Below, piece by piece: positions 10,720 through 20,807 of a stretch of 64,000 bases of DNA. The position numbers and the translations under genes were made by a program. The notes beneath the pieces are model-generated. The model searched no databases. It was not told the DNA's origin and saw only the letters and a list, made by a program, of their open reading frames with translations. The number at the start of each line of letters is the position of its first letter. Within the stretch, counting starts at the first letter, position 1. Source of the DNA: Alphaproteobacteria bacterium (GTDB lineage: Bacteria > Pseudomonadota > Alphaproteobacteria > SHVV01); assembly GCA_965224275.1 (NCBI GenBank), contig CBDCYR010000002.1, forward strand, positions 192,902 through 256,901, read 5' to 3'.

Positions 10720-11178
10720 CTGACACGCCCCGTTAGAAGTGCCGCTACGCCGGTCGTCACAATGCAGTTTGGCTCGTCGGAGCGGATTCTTTACCCAGTT
10801 GCCCGCGGCTACCGGCCAACTTCGCCAACGACACCGCGCAGCATAGGTTTGAAACGACGATTTGAAAACCAGGATATTTACGGAGGGCTCCGCCCAATGA
10901 AGGGGGTAATCCCTATGTTGATTCGCACCAAGTTTGGTTCAACTTCGTTGGCCGATTATTCATCATGACATTCAGCAGCCCAGTTAACCTAGCGCCAGAT
11001 TTTGGCACCAAGTGGCGCGCGATCGGCCCGGCGCTTGGCACCTTGGCGATGTATCGGCTGCGCCGCCACCCCGATAGCACGAAGCTCGCCGAGGGGGCCG
11101 GCGCTAATTCCTGCGAACGGAATGATCGCGATCGTTACCGACCGCCGCAAGAACTCACTAGCATAGCCACGTCTTAGC

Positions 11179-12264
11179 TTAGCCACGTCGCGATTTGGGA
11201 TTGGGCCTCATGGCGAGATCCAATTCGCCCATTGGTTTGCCGCCGGCTTCGGGGAGCCAGCTCCGCGCCTCACCCGCATAGTTGTCGCCGGGGTTTCCAA
11301 AGACGGTGGTTCGCCACATGATGCGGCCGTGCTGCGCGGCATCAAACCAGGTCGCCGTGTGAATTGTGTTGCGGTTGTCGTGACTCACCAGATCGCCTGC
11401 GTCCCAGTCATCGACATAGGTAAATCGTGGTTCGGTATAGTGCGCCATCAGTTCGGAAAGCAGGTGCCCGCCCGCACTGTCCGGCCCTGGTGGCATGCCG
11501 GCAAACGGGCCCAAGATCCAATCGAGTTGGGATTCGCCGCACAGGTATAGCGCCGGCTTGCCGGTAACCGGGTGGATACGCACCACCGGTTGACGCTGTG
11601 ACTCCTGGTGCGGCAACAGCGGTTTTGGCGTTTCTCCCGCGCGTACCGCCGCCTCGCCGCGGCCGGTCCACGGAATCGCATGGACCGCTTCGAGGCCGTC
11701 GAGGTGTTGCTTGAGCGCCGGCGATAGCGCGTCGTAGGCCGCTATGCCATCGGCATAGATCGTCTGACCCTGCCCTCTTGGGCACGGCGTCATTGCGTAG
11801 AACAGCGAGACGTCCGGTGGCGGCCGACGGAAGCTCTGATCGGTGTGCCAACCCAAGCGATGGGGGTATTGCACCGGCAGTCCACCATCTCGCGCCAACG
11901 GCGGATCCGGTCGCGCCGGCACCTCAAAGTTCATCGGCGACAGGTTCGAGACGACGAGGATCTCGGGGACGCTATCGTGGATAAGGCGTTCGGGCGTCAA
12001 CGTCGCGTGATAGTTCTCAACTTCGGCGCCGAATCCCCGGCTCAACTGGACGAGAAGCCTTGGATCTTGATTGATGGCGTCGAGGTGCTTCATCACCAGC
12101 ATGCCGCCCGTGGCGTAAAACGTATCGCGAAGAGGACCGGGGTTTACTTCAAGCTCTGCCACGATCGCCGACAATTCCCGGGCGCTATCGAATCGCAGCT
12201 CGGCGCCGAAATTCGAACCAGAAAGCGGCATGATCTCAAAGCAGATAGCTTCTACCCGCGTCAT
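11179..12264 (-). CDS. TauD/TfdA-family Fe(II)/2OG dioxygenase (second copy)
   Basis: 361 aa with 'WHTDQSF' and 'DNRNTIH' motifs. Confidence 0.85.
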   Translation of the reverse strand: MTRVEAICFEIMPLSGSNFGAELRFDSARELSAIVAELEVNPGPLRDTFYATGGMLVMKHLDAINQDPRLLVQLSRGFGAEVENYHATLTPERLIHDSVPEILVVSNLSPMNFEVPARPDPPLARDGGLPVQYPHRLGWHTDQSFRRPPPDVSLFYAMTPCPRGQGQTIYADGIAAYDALSPALKQHLDGLEAVHAIPWTGRGEAAVRAGETPKPLLPHQESQRQPVVRIHPVTGKPALYLCGESQLDWILGPFAGMPPGPDSAGGHLLSELMAHYTEPRFTYVDDWDAGDLVSHDNRNTIHTATWFDAAQHGRIMWRTTVFGNPGDNYAGEARSWLPEAGGKPMGELDLAMRPNPKSRRG

Positions 12265-12482
12265 TTTGCGAGATCCTCGATTTTGCCTAGCCCGATTTCA
12301 GTATGAACCCGGCGCTAGCGGATGACGAGAATTGGCAAGCGGCCACAGTTCTCTAAGCTGCCATTTTCGTCGTCGTGATGATCTCAGTAATTACAGTCGT
12401 TGCACCGAGCCGCAAGCCTCTGTAGGAAATACTCTATTAGAATAAAGGCGGCACGAAACAGGCGCGTTGGAGAGCGAACGAT

Positions 12483-13100
12483 ATGGCTGACGATGCTTTG
12501 ATCCTGGTTGTCGATGACGATGATGAACTACGCGATACGCTGATTGCGATGGTCGAGTCGATCCAGCTCGATGTCCGCGGCTATGCGTCGGGCAAGGTCT
12601 TCCTTGACGAATACGATTCGAGCCGGCCGGGCTGCCTGGTGCTCGATGTGCGCCTGCCCGAACTTAGTGGGACCGAGGTTTTGCGCGAATTGCGGGACCG
12701 CGGCAGCTCGATCCCGGTAATCATCACGACCGGCTACGCCGATGTGCCCGTCGCGGTCGAAGCCATGAAACGCGGCGCTGTCGATTTTCTGGTCAAGCCC
12801 TTCAGCAACCAGGTACTGCTTAGCCTCATTCAAAAATGCGTCCAGATCGACATCGACCAGCGCCATGACGATGCCGCCCGCAAAAGCTTCAATGAGCGGT
12901 TCGAAAGCCTGACCGCGCGCGAAAGCGATGTGATGCAATTGATGGTGAGCGGCAATGCCAATAAAACGATCGCCCACCAACTCAATATCAGCATCAAGAC
13001 TGTCGAAGCCCACCGCAGCAACGTTATGCAGAAAATGCAGATATCGAGCTTCGCCGAATTGGTGGAAAGCGCCACGCGTTACGGCGTTTTGGATTCGTAG
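12483..13100 (+). CDS. Two-component response regulator, REC + LuxR/FixJ-type HTH
   Basis: 205 aa. The receiver has 'LVVDDDDELRD...LVLDVRLP' and the C-terminal part has 'ESLTARESDVMQLMVSGNANKTIAHQLNISIKTVEAHR'. Confidence 0.9.
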   Translation: MADDALILVVDDDDELRDTLIAMVESIQLDVRGYASGKVFLDEYDSSRPGCLVLDVRLPELSGTEVLRELRDRGSSIPVIITTGYADVPVAVEAMKRGAVDFLVKPFSNQVLLSLIQKCVQIDIDQRHDDAARKSFNERFESLTARESDVMQLMVSGNANKTIAHQLNISIKTVEAHRSNVMQKMQISSFAELVESATRYGVLDS

Positions 13101-13337
13101 CACAGCGGCCGGGGTCCATTCGCGCAAAGGCAACCCTTGCCCCTATACTCCGTTGACCGTCCCAGTCGGCTAATCGTTTACCAGGGGGCGAACCCGCGTA
13201 TGCCCGAATAGGAAACGCGCCTCGAATATCGCTACACGTCCGACGATGTATGGCGATCTACGACATACGCGAACCATACGACATGACGGGCGCCGTCGAG
13301 TGGGCTCACTCGGCCGGCCGATGCGGCCAAGATTTCG

Positions 13338-14529
13338 ATGAATTTTGCACTGGGGCCCCGGCGGGTCGCGCTACCTCGCTCGCTGTTTGTGCTGTGGGGC
13401 GGGATCGTTGTCAGCCTGCTGCTGTGGCACGCGGTGTCAACGCAACTCGGCGGCCCGCTTGCGATCTATGCGGCGGTGCTCTCGAGCTTGCCGTTGGCGG
13501 GTGCCTTTCATTGGATCCTACGCCAGTCGATACGCGCATCATCCGATTTCGAAATCGCCGAAACCCGCAGCTCCCACATCGATTTCCAACGCATCGTCAA
13601 AGCGACGCACGAGGGCATCTGGGTTACCGATGCCGATAATAAGACATCCTACGTAAATCCCCGTCTGACGGAGATGCTCGGGTATCAACCTCACGAACTG
13701 ATCGGGCGAACCCCGGCCGACTTGGCGCCAGACGCCGCAACACGGACCCGAGTAGCGAATAACTTGGCCCGCCGTAAGCAGGGGATCACCGACCAATATG
13801 ACATGCAGTATGTGCGTTAGGACGGCAGCGTGTTTTGGGCAATGCTGGTGGTCAGCCCGATTCTAGATGCCAAGGGCCACTATTTGGGCGCCGTCGCAAT
13901 GGTCGCCGATATCTCGGCGCGCAAGCGCGTCGAAGAAGATCTTAGCAAAGCCAACGACAGATTCCTCAAAGCGTTCTACGCCGGTCCTTGTATGTCTTCG
14001 ATCGCCGACCTTGAGACTGGCGAACTGATCGACGTCAACGACGTGTGGCTCGATACCTTTGGTCTTCGACGCGAACAGGCCGTCGGCAAAACACGTGACC
14101 AATTGGGGATCGTGTTGGAGACCAGCGTGACAGACGCGTTCCGGAAAATCACCGACGGCGCGGCAGGCAGGTTGGAGTTCGAGAGTTCGTTCACCGCAAA
14201 AGACGGCCAAACGGTGCACACGTTGGCCACCACCGAGCACGTCGAACTCGACGGCCGCCAGGCGGCACTTACGGTCTCTAGTCGATATCTCGGCGCGCAA
14301 ACAGGCGGAGCAGGAACTGCGGGCCGCCAACGACCAGTTCTTGAGAACGTTCCGCGCGAGCCCAGGAATGGGGTCGATCGCGGATATCGAAACCGGAGAG
14401 CTGGTCGACGTCAATGACGTCTGGCTCGACGTTATGGGCGTCACGCGCGCGGAGGTGGTTGGCAAGACCCGCCAGGAATTGGGCCTGGGCACATCACAGG
14501 GTGCGCGCGACGTTCGCGATAGTCTTAGA
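13338..14529 (+). pseudogene. 5' portion of a giant multi-PAS sensor kinase gene, disrupted (in-frame TAG, frameshift, IS insertion)
   Basis: Two TM helices are followed by PAS modules. An in-frame TAG sits at 13818-13820 inside the PAS motif ('YVR*DGSVFW'). A frame switch near 14285 separates '...LTVSS' from 'VDISARKQAEQELRAAN'. The reading frame then runs directly into the IS5-family element at 14530. Confidence 0.7.
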
Positions 14530-15458
14530 GTCCGACTCGAAACTCTATGTTTGATAACAGTACCTTGCGAGCCGCCTTGTGAGGAGTCGGATGTTGGCGA
14601 CAAGAATCCATGCCTGTGCGGAGGCGATTGATTTCTCCCAATCCTTGGCCAGTCGACGGCATCGGTTGAGCCAGGCGAAGGTCCTCTCGACGACCCATCG
14701 TCTGGGCAGGAGCTCGAAGCCCTGGGCGGTGTCTGAGCGCTTGATGATCTCGAGCTTCCAGCGGCCGATGTCCTCAAGGGCGCCCTCGAGTTTCGGTCCC
14801 GCGTAGGCGGCGTCGGCGAAGAGGTGACGCAGCCGGGGGAAGCGATGACGGATCGATTTGAGGACCTCGGGCGCGCCGTCGCGGTCCTGGATATCGGCTG
14901 CGTGCACGATCAGGCCGACCAGCAGGCCGAGTGTATCGGTGACGATGTGACGCTTGCGGCCCTTGATCTTCTTGCCCGCGTCATAGCCCCGAACACCACC
15001 GCTTTCCGTGGTTTTCACGCTCTGGCTGTCGATCACCCCGGCGCTCGGGCCGGCCTCGCGTCCTTCCAGCTCCCGGGCCGCCATGACCAGGTGATGGTTG
15101 ATGCTCTCCAGCAGGCCGTTGGAGCGCCAGTCGTAGAAATAGCGCTGGACCGTGGAAGGCGGAGGGAAGTCGTTCGGCAACATCGCCCACTGGCAGCCCG
15201 TCGAGGCCATGTACATGACCGCATCCATGACATGGCGCAGGTCCGTCGTCCTCGGCCGGCCGATCTTCTTGCGCGGCGGCATGAGCGGCGCGATCAACGC
15301 CCACTCTCGATCCGTCAGGTCGCTTGCGTAGCGCCCGCCACGGCGCTCATAATTCGGGCGAGTGATTTCGGTCCACATGTTGTGCCTCCTCGTTTGCTTT
15401 GACACAACCGAGTAAGCCACAACCGACTGAAATCACTCAACTAGTTTCGGGTTGGCCT
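14530..15458 (-). mobile_element. IS5-family insertion sequence (~0.93 kb, single transposase ORF)
   Basis: Imperfect terminal inverted repeats are visible ('GTCCGACTCGAAACT' at the left; the reverse complement of the right end reads 'GGCCAACCCGAAACT'). The target sequence 'CTTAGA' is present on both sides (14524-14529 and 15459-15464). Removing the element restores an uninterrupted PAS-domain frame of the expected length. Confidence 0.75.
14545..15420 (-). CDS. IS5-family DDE transposase
   Basis: 291 aa with the '[15 protein letters not shown]' N-terminus and a DDE core characteristic of the IS5 family. Confidence 0.9.
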   Translation of the reverse strand: MAYSVVSKQTRRHNMWTEITRPNYERRGGRYASDLTDREWALIAPLMPPRKKIGRPRTTDLRHVMDAVMYMASTGCQWAMLPNDFPPPSTVQRYFYDWRSNGLLESINHHLVMAARELEGREAGPSAGVIDSQSVKTTESGGVRGYDAGKKIKGRKRHIVTDTLGLLVGLIVHAADIQDRDGAPEVLKSIRHRFPRLRHLFADAAYAGPKLEGALEDIGRWKLEIIKRSDTAQGFELLPRRWVVERTFAWLNRCRRLAKDWEKSIASAQAWILVANIRLLTRRLARYCYQT

Positions 15459-16400
15459 CTTAGAAGTGGAACCCGCGAAAATTTCGAGACCGCAATAAGA
15501 ACCAGACACGGTCAGTCGATCGACGTTGTGGCAAGCATGCAACGGCTTGATCTGGACGGCCGCGCGGTCGTGCTCTCGGTTTCAATCGATATCTCCGAGC
15601 GCAAAAAGATCGAGGCAGAACTTCGTAAGGCCAATGAGCGCTTCGTGAAAGCATTCAACGCGAGCCCCGGAATGTCGACGATCACCGACATTGCAACCGG
15701 CGAGATCATCGAAGCTAACGACATTTGGCTTAGCGTCCTTGGATTATCGCGCGCCGACGTGATCGGAAAATCCCGACGTGAACTCGGTCTCGAATTCACC
15801 TCTACCGGCATGGACGTACGCCACGAACTCGCGGTTCGAGAAACCGATAAGACCGAAGTTGAATCCACCATATGCTCTACCGACGACGTACAGATGACCG
15901 TCATCACGCGGTTGGAGCGGATCGAACTTGACGGGCGGGCTGTGGCGCTTTCGAACTCGGTGGACATCACCGAACGCAAGCGAACCGAAGACGAGCTTCG
16001 CACCGCAAACGACCGCTTTCTCAAAATCTTTTACGCCAGCCCAGCAATGGCTTCGATTACAGACCTCGAAACCCGGTGGATAGTCGACGTAAACGACGCT
16101 TGGCTGGACGTAACCGGGCTGGATCGAGAAACCGCGATCGGCAAGACAAGGCAGGAAATCGGCTTGGTATTATCGCGCGACTTTGATTTCTTTGACGACG
16201 CATCAGATAACGCGCAGCGGCGTTCGAACATCGAGACTGTCATACGCGCAGTTGATGGCACCGAGGTCTCGCTAATTTCCAACTCGGAGCGGATCGAGCT
16301 TGATCGGCGGTCGGCCGTGCTATCGGTGTCCATCGACATTACGGAACGGAAACGCGCTGAGAAATATCTGCTTGAAAACGAGCGACGGACTAGCGAGGGT
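15399..16400 (+). other. Tandem PAS/PAC sensor modules (~4-5 repeats) within the 3' remainder ORF
   Basis: Repeated 'ANDRF/ANERF...SP...TGE..D.NDxWL' units through roughly aa 1-330 of the 15399..18986 ORF. The end coordinate is approximate. Confidence 0.55.
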
Positions 16401-18986
16401 CAACGCATGGCCCATCTAGGGACTTGGGAACGAAACCTGGACGATGGGCAAATCGTCTGGTCCGACGAAATTTGGCGAATTCTGGACCTTGATCCAGGAT
16501 CAATTGAACCCACGCCAGAGTTTTTCTTCGACGTGGTTCACCCCGACGATCTTGCTGGTCTCATAAACATGATCGAGGCCGCCTATGAACAACCTCGCGC
16601 AAGCGAGTACCGAATCATCCGGCCAAACGGCGAAATCCGTTACATCGATTCACGGCGAGAAGTCCACACCGACGAAACTGGACGACCGCAAACGATGATC
16701 GGAACGTTGCTCGATGTCACCGATCGCAAGGTCGCTGAGAACGCGCTGGCATCGTCACTGCGCGAAAAGGAAACCCTGCTGCGCGAAGTGCACCACCGCG
16801 TAAAGAACAACCTTCAGATTATCGCCAGCCTTTTGCGCTTCCAGTCCAAAAAGGCGCGTAACCCCGATGACGTGGCGGTGTTTCGCGAGGGGCAGGACCG
16901 TTTGAAGTCAATGATCCTTGTGCACGAGAAGCTCTACGGCTCCGCCGATCTATCGAATATCGATTTTGGCGATTATGTGCGAACGCTCGTCGAGCAATTG
17001 TTTCAGTCATACGACGAGCAAGCCGACAAGGTGTTGGTTTCGGTCGACGCTGACCATGTCATGCTGCCGATCGAAATCGCATTGCCCTGCGGCATGATTA
17101 TCAGCGAGCTCTTAACGAATGTTTTCAAGTATGCGTTCCCCGAAGCCAAAGCGGGTACCGCCACGGTTAGCATCAAGCACCGCGAAGAGCGGATTTTTGT
17201 AGCGGTAACTGATACCGGAATCGGGATGCCAGCGGAGATTGATATCGATGATCCCAACACCTTTGGACTGCAGCTCGTGCGCAACCTCGCCGAGCAGATC
17301 GGTGGAACGCTCGGCCTCGTTGCTGAGAGCGGGACCGCGGTAACCATTGGATTTCCCAGTCGAAAACAACACCGAGTGAAGCGCGCTATGGAGCAAGCAA
17401 GAATCTTCGTCGTTGAAGACGAGGCGTTGATCGCGATGGCGATCAAGGATCAGTTGGAGCAGTTTGGTTATGCCGTGTGTGGCACTGCCGCGCGCGGTGA
17501 ATCGGCTTTGGGGCTGATTGCCGACCGCGAACCCGATCTCGTGCTGATGGATATCAACCTCGCCTGCAAAATGAACGGAATCGAAGTCGCCGAGAAACTC
17601 CACCAATCAGGGGACGTACCGGTGGTTTTCCTAACCGCCTATTCCGATTCCGAACTCCTGGCGCGGGCCGCGATCACCGAACCGTTCGGCTATCTGATCA
17701 AACCATTCGAAGAGCGTGAGCTGCACGTCACGATCGAAATGGCGCTTTACAAGCACAGCATGGAGCAGAAGCTCCTGCAATCTCAGCGCATGGAGGCAGT
17801 CGGTCAGCTCACTGGCGGGGTCGCGCACGATTTCAATAATCTGCTCGCGGTTATTCTCGGTAATCTCGATCTGGTCTTGATGGACGATGCGATACCGGCC
17901 AAGAGCCGGAATTTGATCGACCGAGCGATTGGCGCGGTTGATCGCGGCGCCGATCTAACCCAGCGACTACTGGCTTTTGCCCGCAAGCAAGTCCTGGACC
18001 CGCAACATACCGATGTAAACACCGTGATCGAAAACACGGCGACGATTCTGGAGCGGGCGCTGGATCAGTCGATCGATCTCCAACTCGAACTGCAGGGCGA
18101 TCTACCGAATTGCCTCATCGATCAAGGTCAACTTGAGAACGCGATCATCAATCTCGCGATCAATGCCCGCGACGCGATGCCACTTGGTGGACGTTTAACG
18201 ATCGCAACCTCCCAAGATGATCTTTCCGAGCAAGATGCGTCGCTCGATGACGGTCTTGCCGCAGGCAAGTATGTCGTTGTTCGGGTCATCGATACGGGCG
18301 AGGGCATGTCTGACGACGTCATCGCGCACGTCTTTGAGCCGTTTTTTACCACCAAGGGAATCGGCCAGGGGACCGGGCTTGGGCTCAGCATGGTCTACGG
18401 CTTTGCCAAGCAGTCCGGCGGCAGCGTCCGAATTAGCAGCGGGATCGATATGGGAACGACGATCGAACTGATATTGCCCGAAGGGATTGGCGAACGGCAA
18501 AAGAGTGCGGAGGTCACGACGCCGAGTGACGAACCCGGCGTGCCACCCTCGCCCGCCGGCGAGCACACCCTTCACGTGTCGCAGCCGCCCATTCTCCGCG
18601 GCGACGGGCAGCGCCTACTGGTGGTCGAGGACAATCCAATTCTGCGGGAGTTTCTGTCGGAAGTGTTGTCGAGAAAACTCGGCTACCTGCCGGTTGTATT
18701 CGCCGACGGCGAGCCGGCCTTAGCCGAGCTCGAACGCGATCCCACCATCGCATTGCTGCTCACCGATATCGTGCTACCGACAGGAATGGACGGCCTGGAG
18801 ATCGCGCGCCGCGCGCGTGCGCTTCGCCCCGACTTACAGGTACTGCTGATGTCGGGTTTCACCGACTCGACAATGGTCCCGGAGGATCTCGCCGACGCCG
18901 GTGCCACCCTGCTGGGAAAGCCCTTTCGCACGCGAGTGCTGGCAGAAGCAATAGCCAAGGCGATCCGACCAAATTACCTGCACTGA
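15399..18986 (+). CDS. 3' remainder of the IS-disrupted sensor gene
   Basis: 1195-aa open frame whose ATG (15399) lies inside the right end of the IS5 element. Host sequence resumes at 15459. Confidence 0.6.
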   Translation: MTQPSKPQPTEITQLVSGWPLRSGTRENFETAIRTRHGQSIDVVASMQRLDLDGRAVVLSVSIDISERKKIEAELRKANERFVKAFNASPGMSTITDIATGEIIEANDIWLSVLGLSRADVIGKSRRELGLEFTSTGMDVRHELAVRETDKTEVESTICSTDDVQMTVITRLERIELDGRAVALSNSVDITERKRTEDELRTANDRFLKIFYASPAMASITDLETRWIVDVNDAWLDVTGLDRETAIGKTRQEIGLVLSRDFDFFDDASDNAQRRSNIETVIRAVDGTEVSLISNSERIELDRRSAVLSVSIDITERKRAEKYLLENERRTSEGQRMAHLGTWERNLDDGQIVWSDEIWRILDLDPGSIEPTPEFFFDVVHPDDLAGLINMIEAAYEQPRASEYRIIRPNGEIRYIDSRREVHTDETGRPQTMIGTLLDVTDRKVAENALASSLREKETLLREVHHRVKNNLQIIASLLRFQSKKARNPDDVAVFREGQDRLKSMILVHEKLYGSADLSNIDFGDYVRTLVEQLFQSYDEQADKVLVSVDADHVMLPIEIALPCGMIISELLTNVFKYAFPEAKAGTATVSIKHREERIFVAVTDTGIGMPAEIDIDDPNTFGLQLVRNLAEQIGGTLGLVAESGTAVTIGFPSRKQHRVKRAMEQARIFVVEDEALIAMAIKDQLEQFGYAVCGTAARGESALGLIADREPDLVLMDINLACKMNGIEVAEKLHQSGDVPVVFLTAYSDSELLARAAITEPFGYLIKPFEERELHVTIEMALYKHSMEQKLLQSQRMEAVGQLTGGVAHDFNNLLAVILGNLDLVLMDDAIPAKSRNLIDRAIGAVDRGADLTQRLLAFARKQVLDPQHTDVNTVIENTATILERALDQSIDLQLELQGDLPNCLIDQGQLENAIINLAINARDAMPLGGRLTIATSQDDLSEQDASLDDGLAAGKYVVVRVIDTGEGMSDDVIAHVFEPFFTTKGIGQGTGLGLSMVYGFAKQSGGSVRISSGIDMGTTIELILPEGIGERQKSAEVTTPSDEPGVPPSPAGEHTLHVSQPPILRGDGQRLLVVEDNPILREFLSEVLSRKLGYLPVVFADGEPALAELERDPTIALLLTDIVLPTGMDGLEIARRARALRPDLQVLLMSGFTDSTMVPEDLADAGATLLGKPFRTRVLAEAIAKAIRPNYLH
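16700..17360 (+). other. HisKA_2-type kinase core (first kinase core of the dual-core ORF)
   Basis: '[11 protein letters not shown]' H-box near aa ~435-560 of the 15399..18986 ORF. Coordinates are approximate. Confidence 0.55.
17384..17760 (+). other. First receiver (REC) domain of the dual-core ORF
   Basis: 'RIFVVEDE...LVLMDINL' motif starting around 17384. The end coordinate is approximate. Confidence 0.55.
17760..18480 (+). other. Classical HisKA + HATPase_c kinase core (second kinase core of the dual-core ORF)
   Basis: '[19 protein letters not shown]' H-box at ~17820 and '[18 protein letters not shown]' G-box at ~18366. Start and end are approximate. Confidence 0.55.
18600..18986 (+). 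other. C-terminal receiver (REC) domain of the dual-core ORF
   Basis: '[12 protein letters not shown]...LLLTDIVLP' motif. The start coordinate is approximate. Confidence 0.55.
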
Positions 18987-19280
18987 GCCTAGCCTGTAAC
19001 TTACACAGGGTTCGCCGAAACGGTGCTGAAAACCGGAACCCGGGAAAACCCCGTCGCCAACGCGCGCACCCAGCCCTCCGCCACTTAAGCCGCCAGGATA
19101 CCCGAGCGAGTGGCCGGGGATACCCTTTCCCCGCGCAGGGATCACATCAATTTTCCCCTCATAAACAATCGGTTAACTATATCCACGGATGGCGCAAGCA
19201 ACCGGCTTGCAGCATCCCAACAACAGCGGCTCCAAAGCCCAAGTGGTCGCAGTCGGTTTGCTAATCGACGAGGAAAATCC

Positions 19281-19709
19281 ATGTTTGACGTAAACGGCCA
19301 CAGCTTCAGCGACCACCTTGACGCCGCCGGCGAAACCCACGTCACCAGCAAAAACGTTCTGCTCGTTGAAGACAACGAGATGAACCGCGACATGCTCGGG
19401 CGGCGGTTGACCAAGCGGGGCTATCGGATGAGCTACGCGACGGACGGCTGGGATGCCATTCGCACCGCAACAAAACAACAACCAGACCTGATCCTAATGG
19501 ATCTCAGTCTGCCCGAGCTGGATGGTTGGGAAGCAACCCGCCGCCTCAAGGCGCAACGCTTGACGACCGGCATTCCGATTATCGCGTTGACCGCTAATGC
19601 GATGACAGAAGATCGCGACCAGTCAATCGCAGCCGGCTGCGAAGGGTTTGAGACCAAGCCGATCAACTTCGCCAATCTGCTTGGCAAAATCGCCCAATTG
19701 CTGAGCTAG
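19281..19709 (+). CDS. Single-domain CheY-like response regulator
   Basis: An ATG at 19281 is preceded by 'AGGAAAA'. The receiver motifs are 'VLLVEDNEMNRD', 'LILMDLSLPELDG' and 'ALTANAM'. The supplied ORF starts earlier at 19110, but that N-terminus has no protein-like features. Confidence 0.85.
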   Translation: MFDVNGHSFSDHLDAAGETHVTSKNVLLVEDNEMNRDMLGRRLTKRGYRMSYATDGWDAIRTATKQQPDLILMDLSLPELDGWEATRRLKAQRLTTGIPIIALTANAMTEDRDQSIAAGCEGFETKPINFANLLGKIAQLLS

Positions 19710-19711
19710 AA

Positions 19712-20807
19712 ATGGACCCGCAAGACCCAGCAATTCTCGTTGTCGACGACAACGAGAACAACCGGGAGCTTCTCGTTCGCCGGTTGGCCAAAGAGGGTTA
19801 TCCCAACGTCGTCCTCGCAGAAGACGGAAACATCGCGTTGGAGCGCCTGGTGGAGCAACCGTTCGCCCTCGTCCTGCTCGATATCATGATGCCGAACCTC
19901 AGCGGCTATGAAGTCCTCGAGGAAAATGAAGGCTGATCCGGGCTTGCGCGACATCCCGGTCTTGATCATCTCCGCGGTGCAGGAATCAGAGAGCGTCGTG
20001 CAGTGCATCGAACTTGGGGCCGACGATTACCTCACCAAGCCGTTCGATGCCGCAATTCTGCGCGCCCGGGTCGGCGCCTGCCTCGAAAAACGGCGGCTCC
20101 GGGCTCAGGAGGCGCACTACACAAACTCGTTGGAGGCGGAGAAACAGCGTTCGGACATGTTGCTGCACGCGATCCTGCCACACGGCGCCGTCCACGAACT
20201 CAGAGCATCGAACGAGATCAAACCGCGCCGTTACGACAATATTGCGATCCTTTTTTGCGACATCGTCGGCTTTACCAGCTATTGCGACGCCCACTCCGCA
20301 GAACAGGTGGTCGGCGAACTTCAGTCCCTGATGGTTGGCTTCGAAGAGGTGATCGAGGCCAATGGCATGGAGAAGATCAAGACCATCGGCGATGCCGTTT
20401 TCGCCACCGCGGGCTTGTTGCGCCATATCGAGGATCCGGTATTGGCGGCGGCGCAATGCGGACTCGACATGATCGAGGCTGCGGGCCGTCATGACACCGG
20501 CTGGGAGGTACGGGTCGGTATCCATTACGGCTCAGCCGTGGCCGGGATCGTCGGCCGCAGTCAGTTCCTGTTCGACCTGTGGGGTGACGCGGTGAACATC
20601 GCCGCGCGGATCACCGATCAGGCCGCACCTGGTTCGGTATTTCTCAGCGGTACAGCCTGGCTTCATCTCCACAATCGATGGCGCGGCAAGAGTCATGGGC
20701 TCGTTGAGCTCAAAGGAAAAGGCAAAGTAGAACTCGTCGAGTGCCTGGGCCCTTCCCGAGTTCAGCGCGGTGCCAGCGCGACGCCTGGCGAGGTGGCACA
20801 TGCGTAG
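19712..20807 (+). pseudogene. Response regulator with class-III adenylate/guanylate cyclase output domain, frameshifted inside REC
   Basis: The REC N-half ('ILVVDDNENNRE...LLDIMMPNLSGYEVLE') ends at a stop at 19934-19936. The REC C-half plus the cyclase domain ('DPGLRDIPVLIIS...KTIGDAVFA...WGDAVNIAARI') continue in another frame from ~19908. An extra G in 'ctcgagGaaaatg' (~19920) causes the shift. This could be a real pseudogene or an assembly indel. Confidence 0.6.

Noticed and set aside
13818-13820. TAG as a recoded (pyrrolysine-type) codon
   Set aside because: The same gene also carries a frameshift and an IS insertion, so plain inactivation is far more parsimonious.
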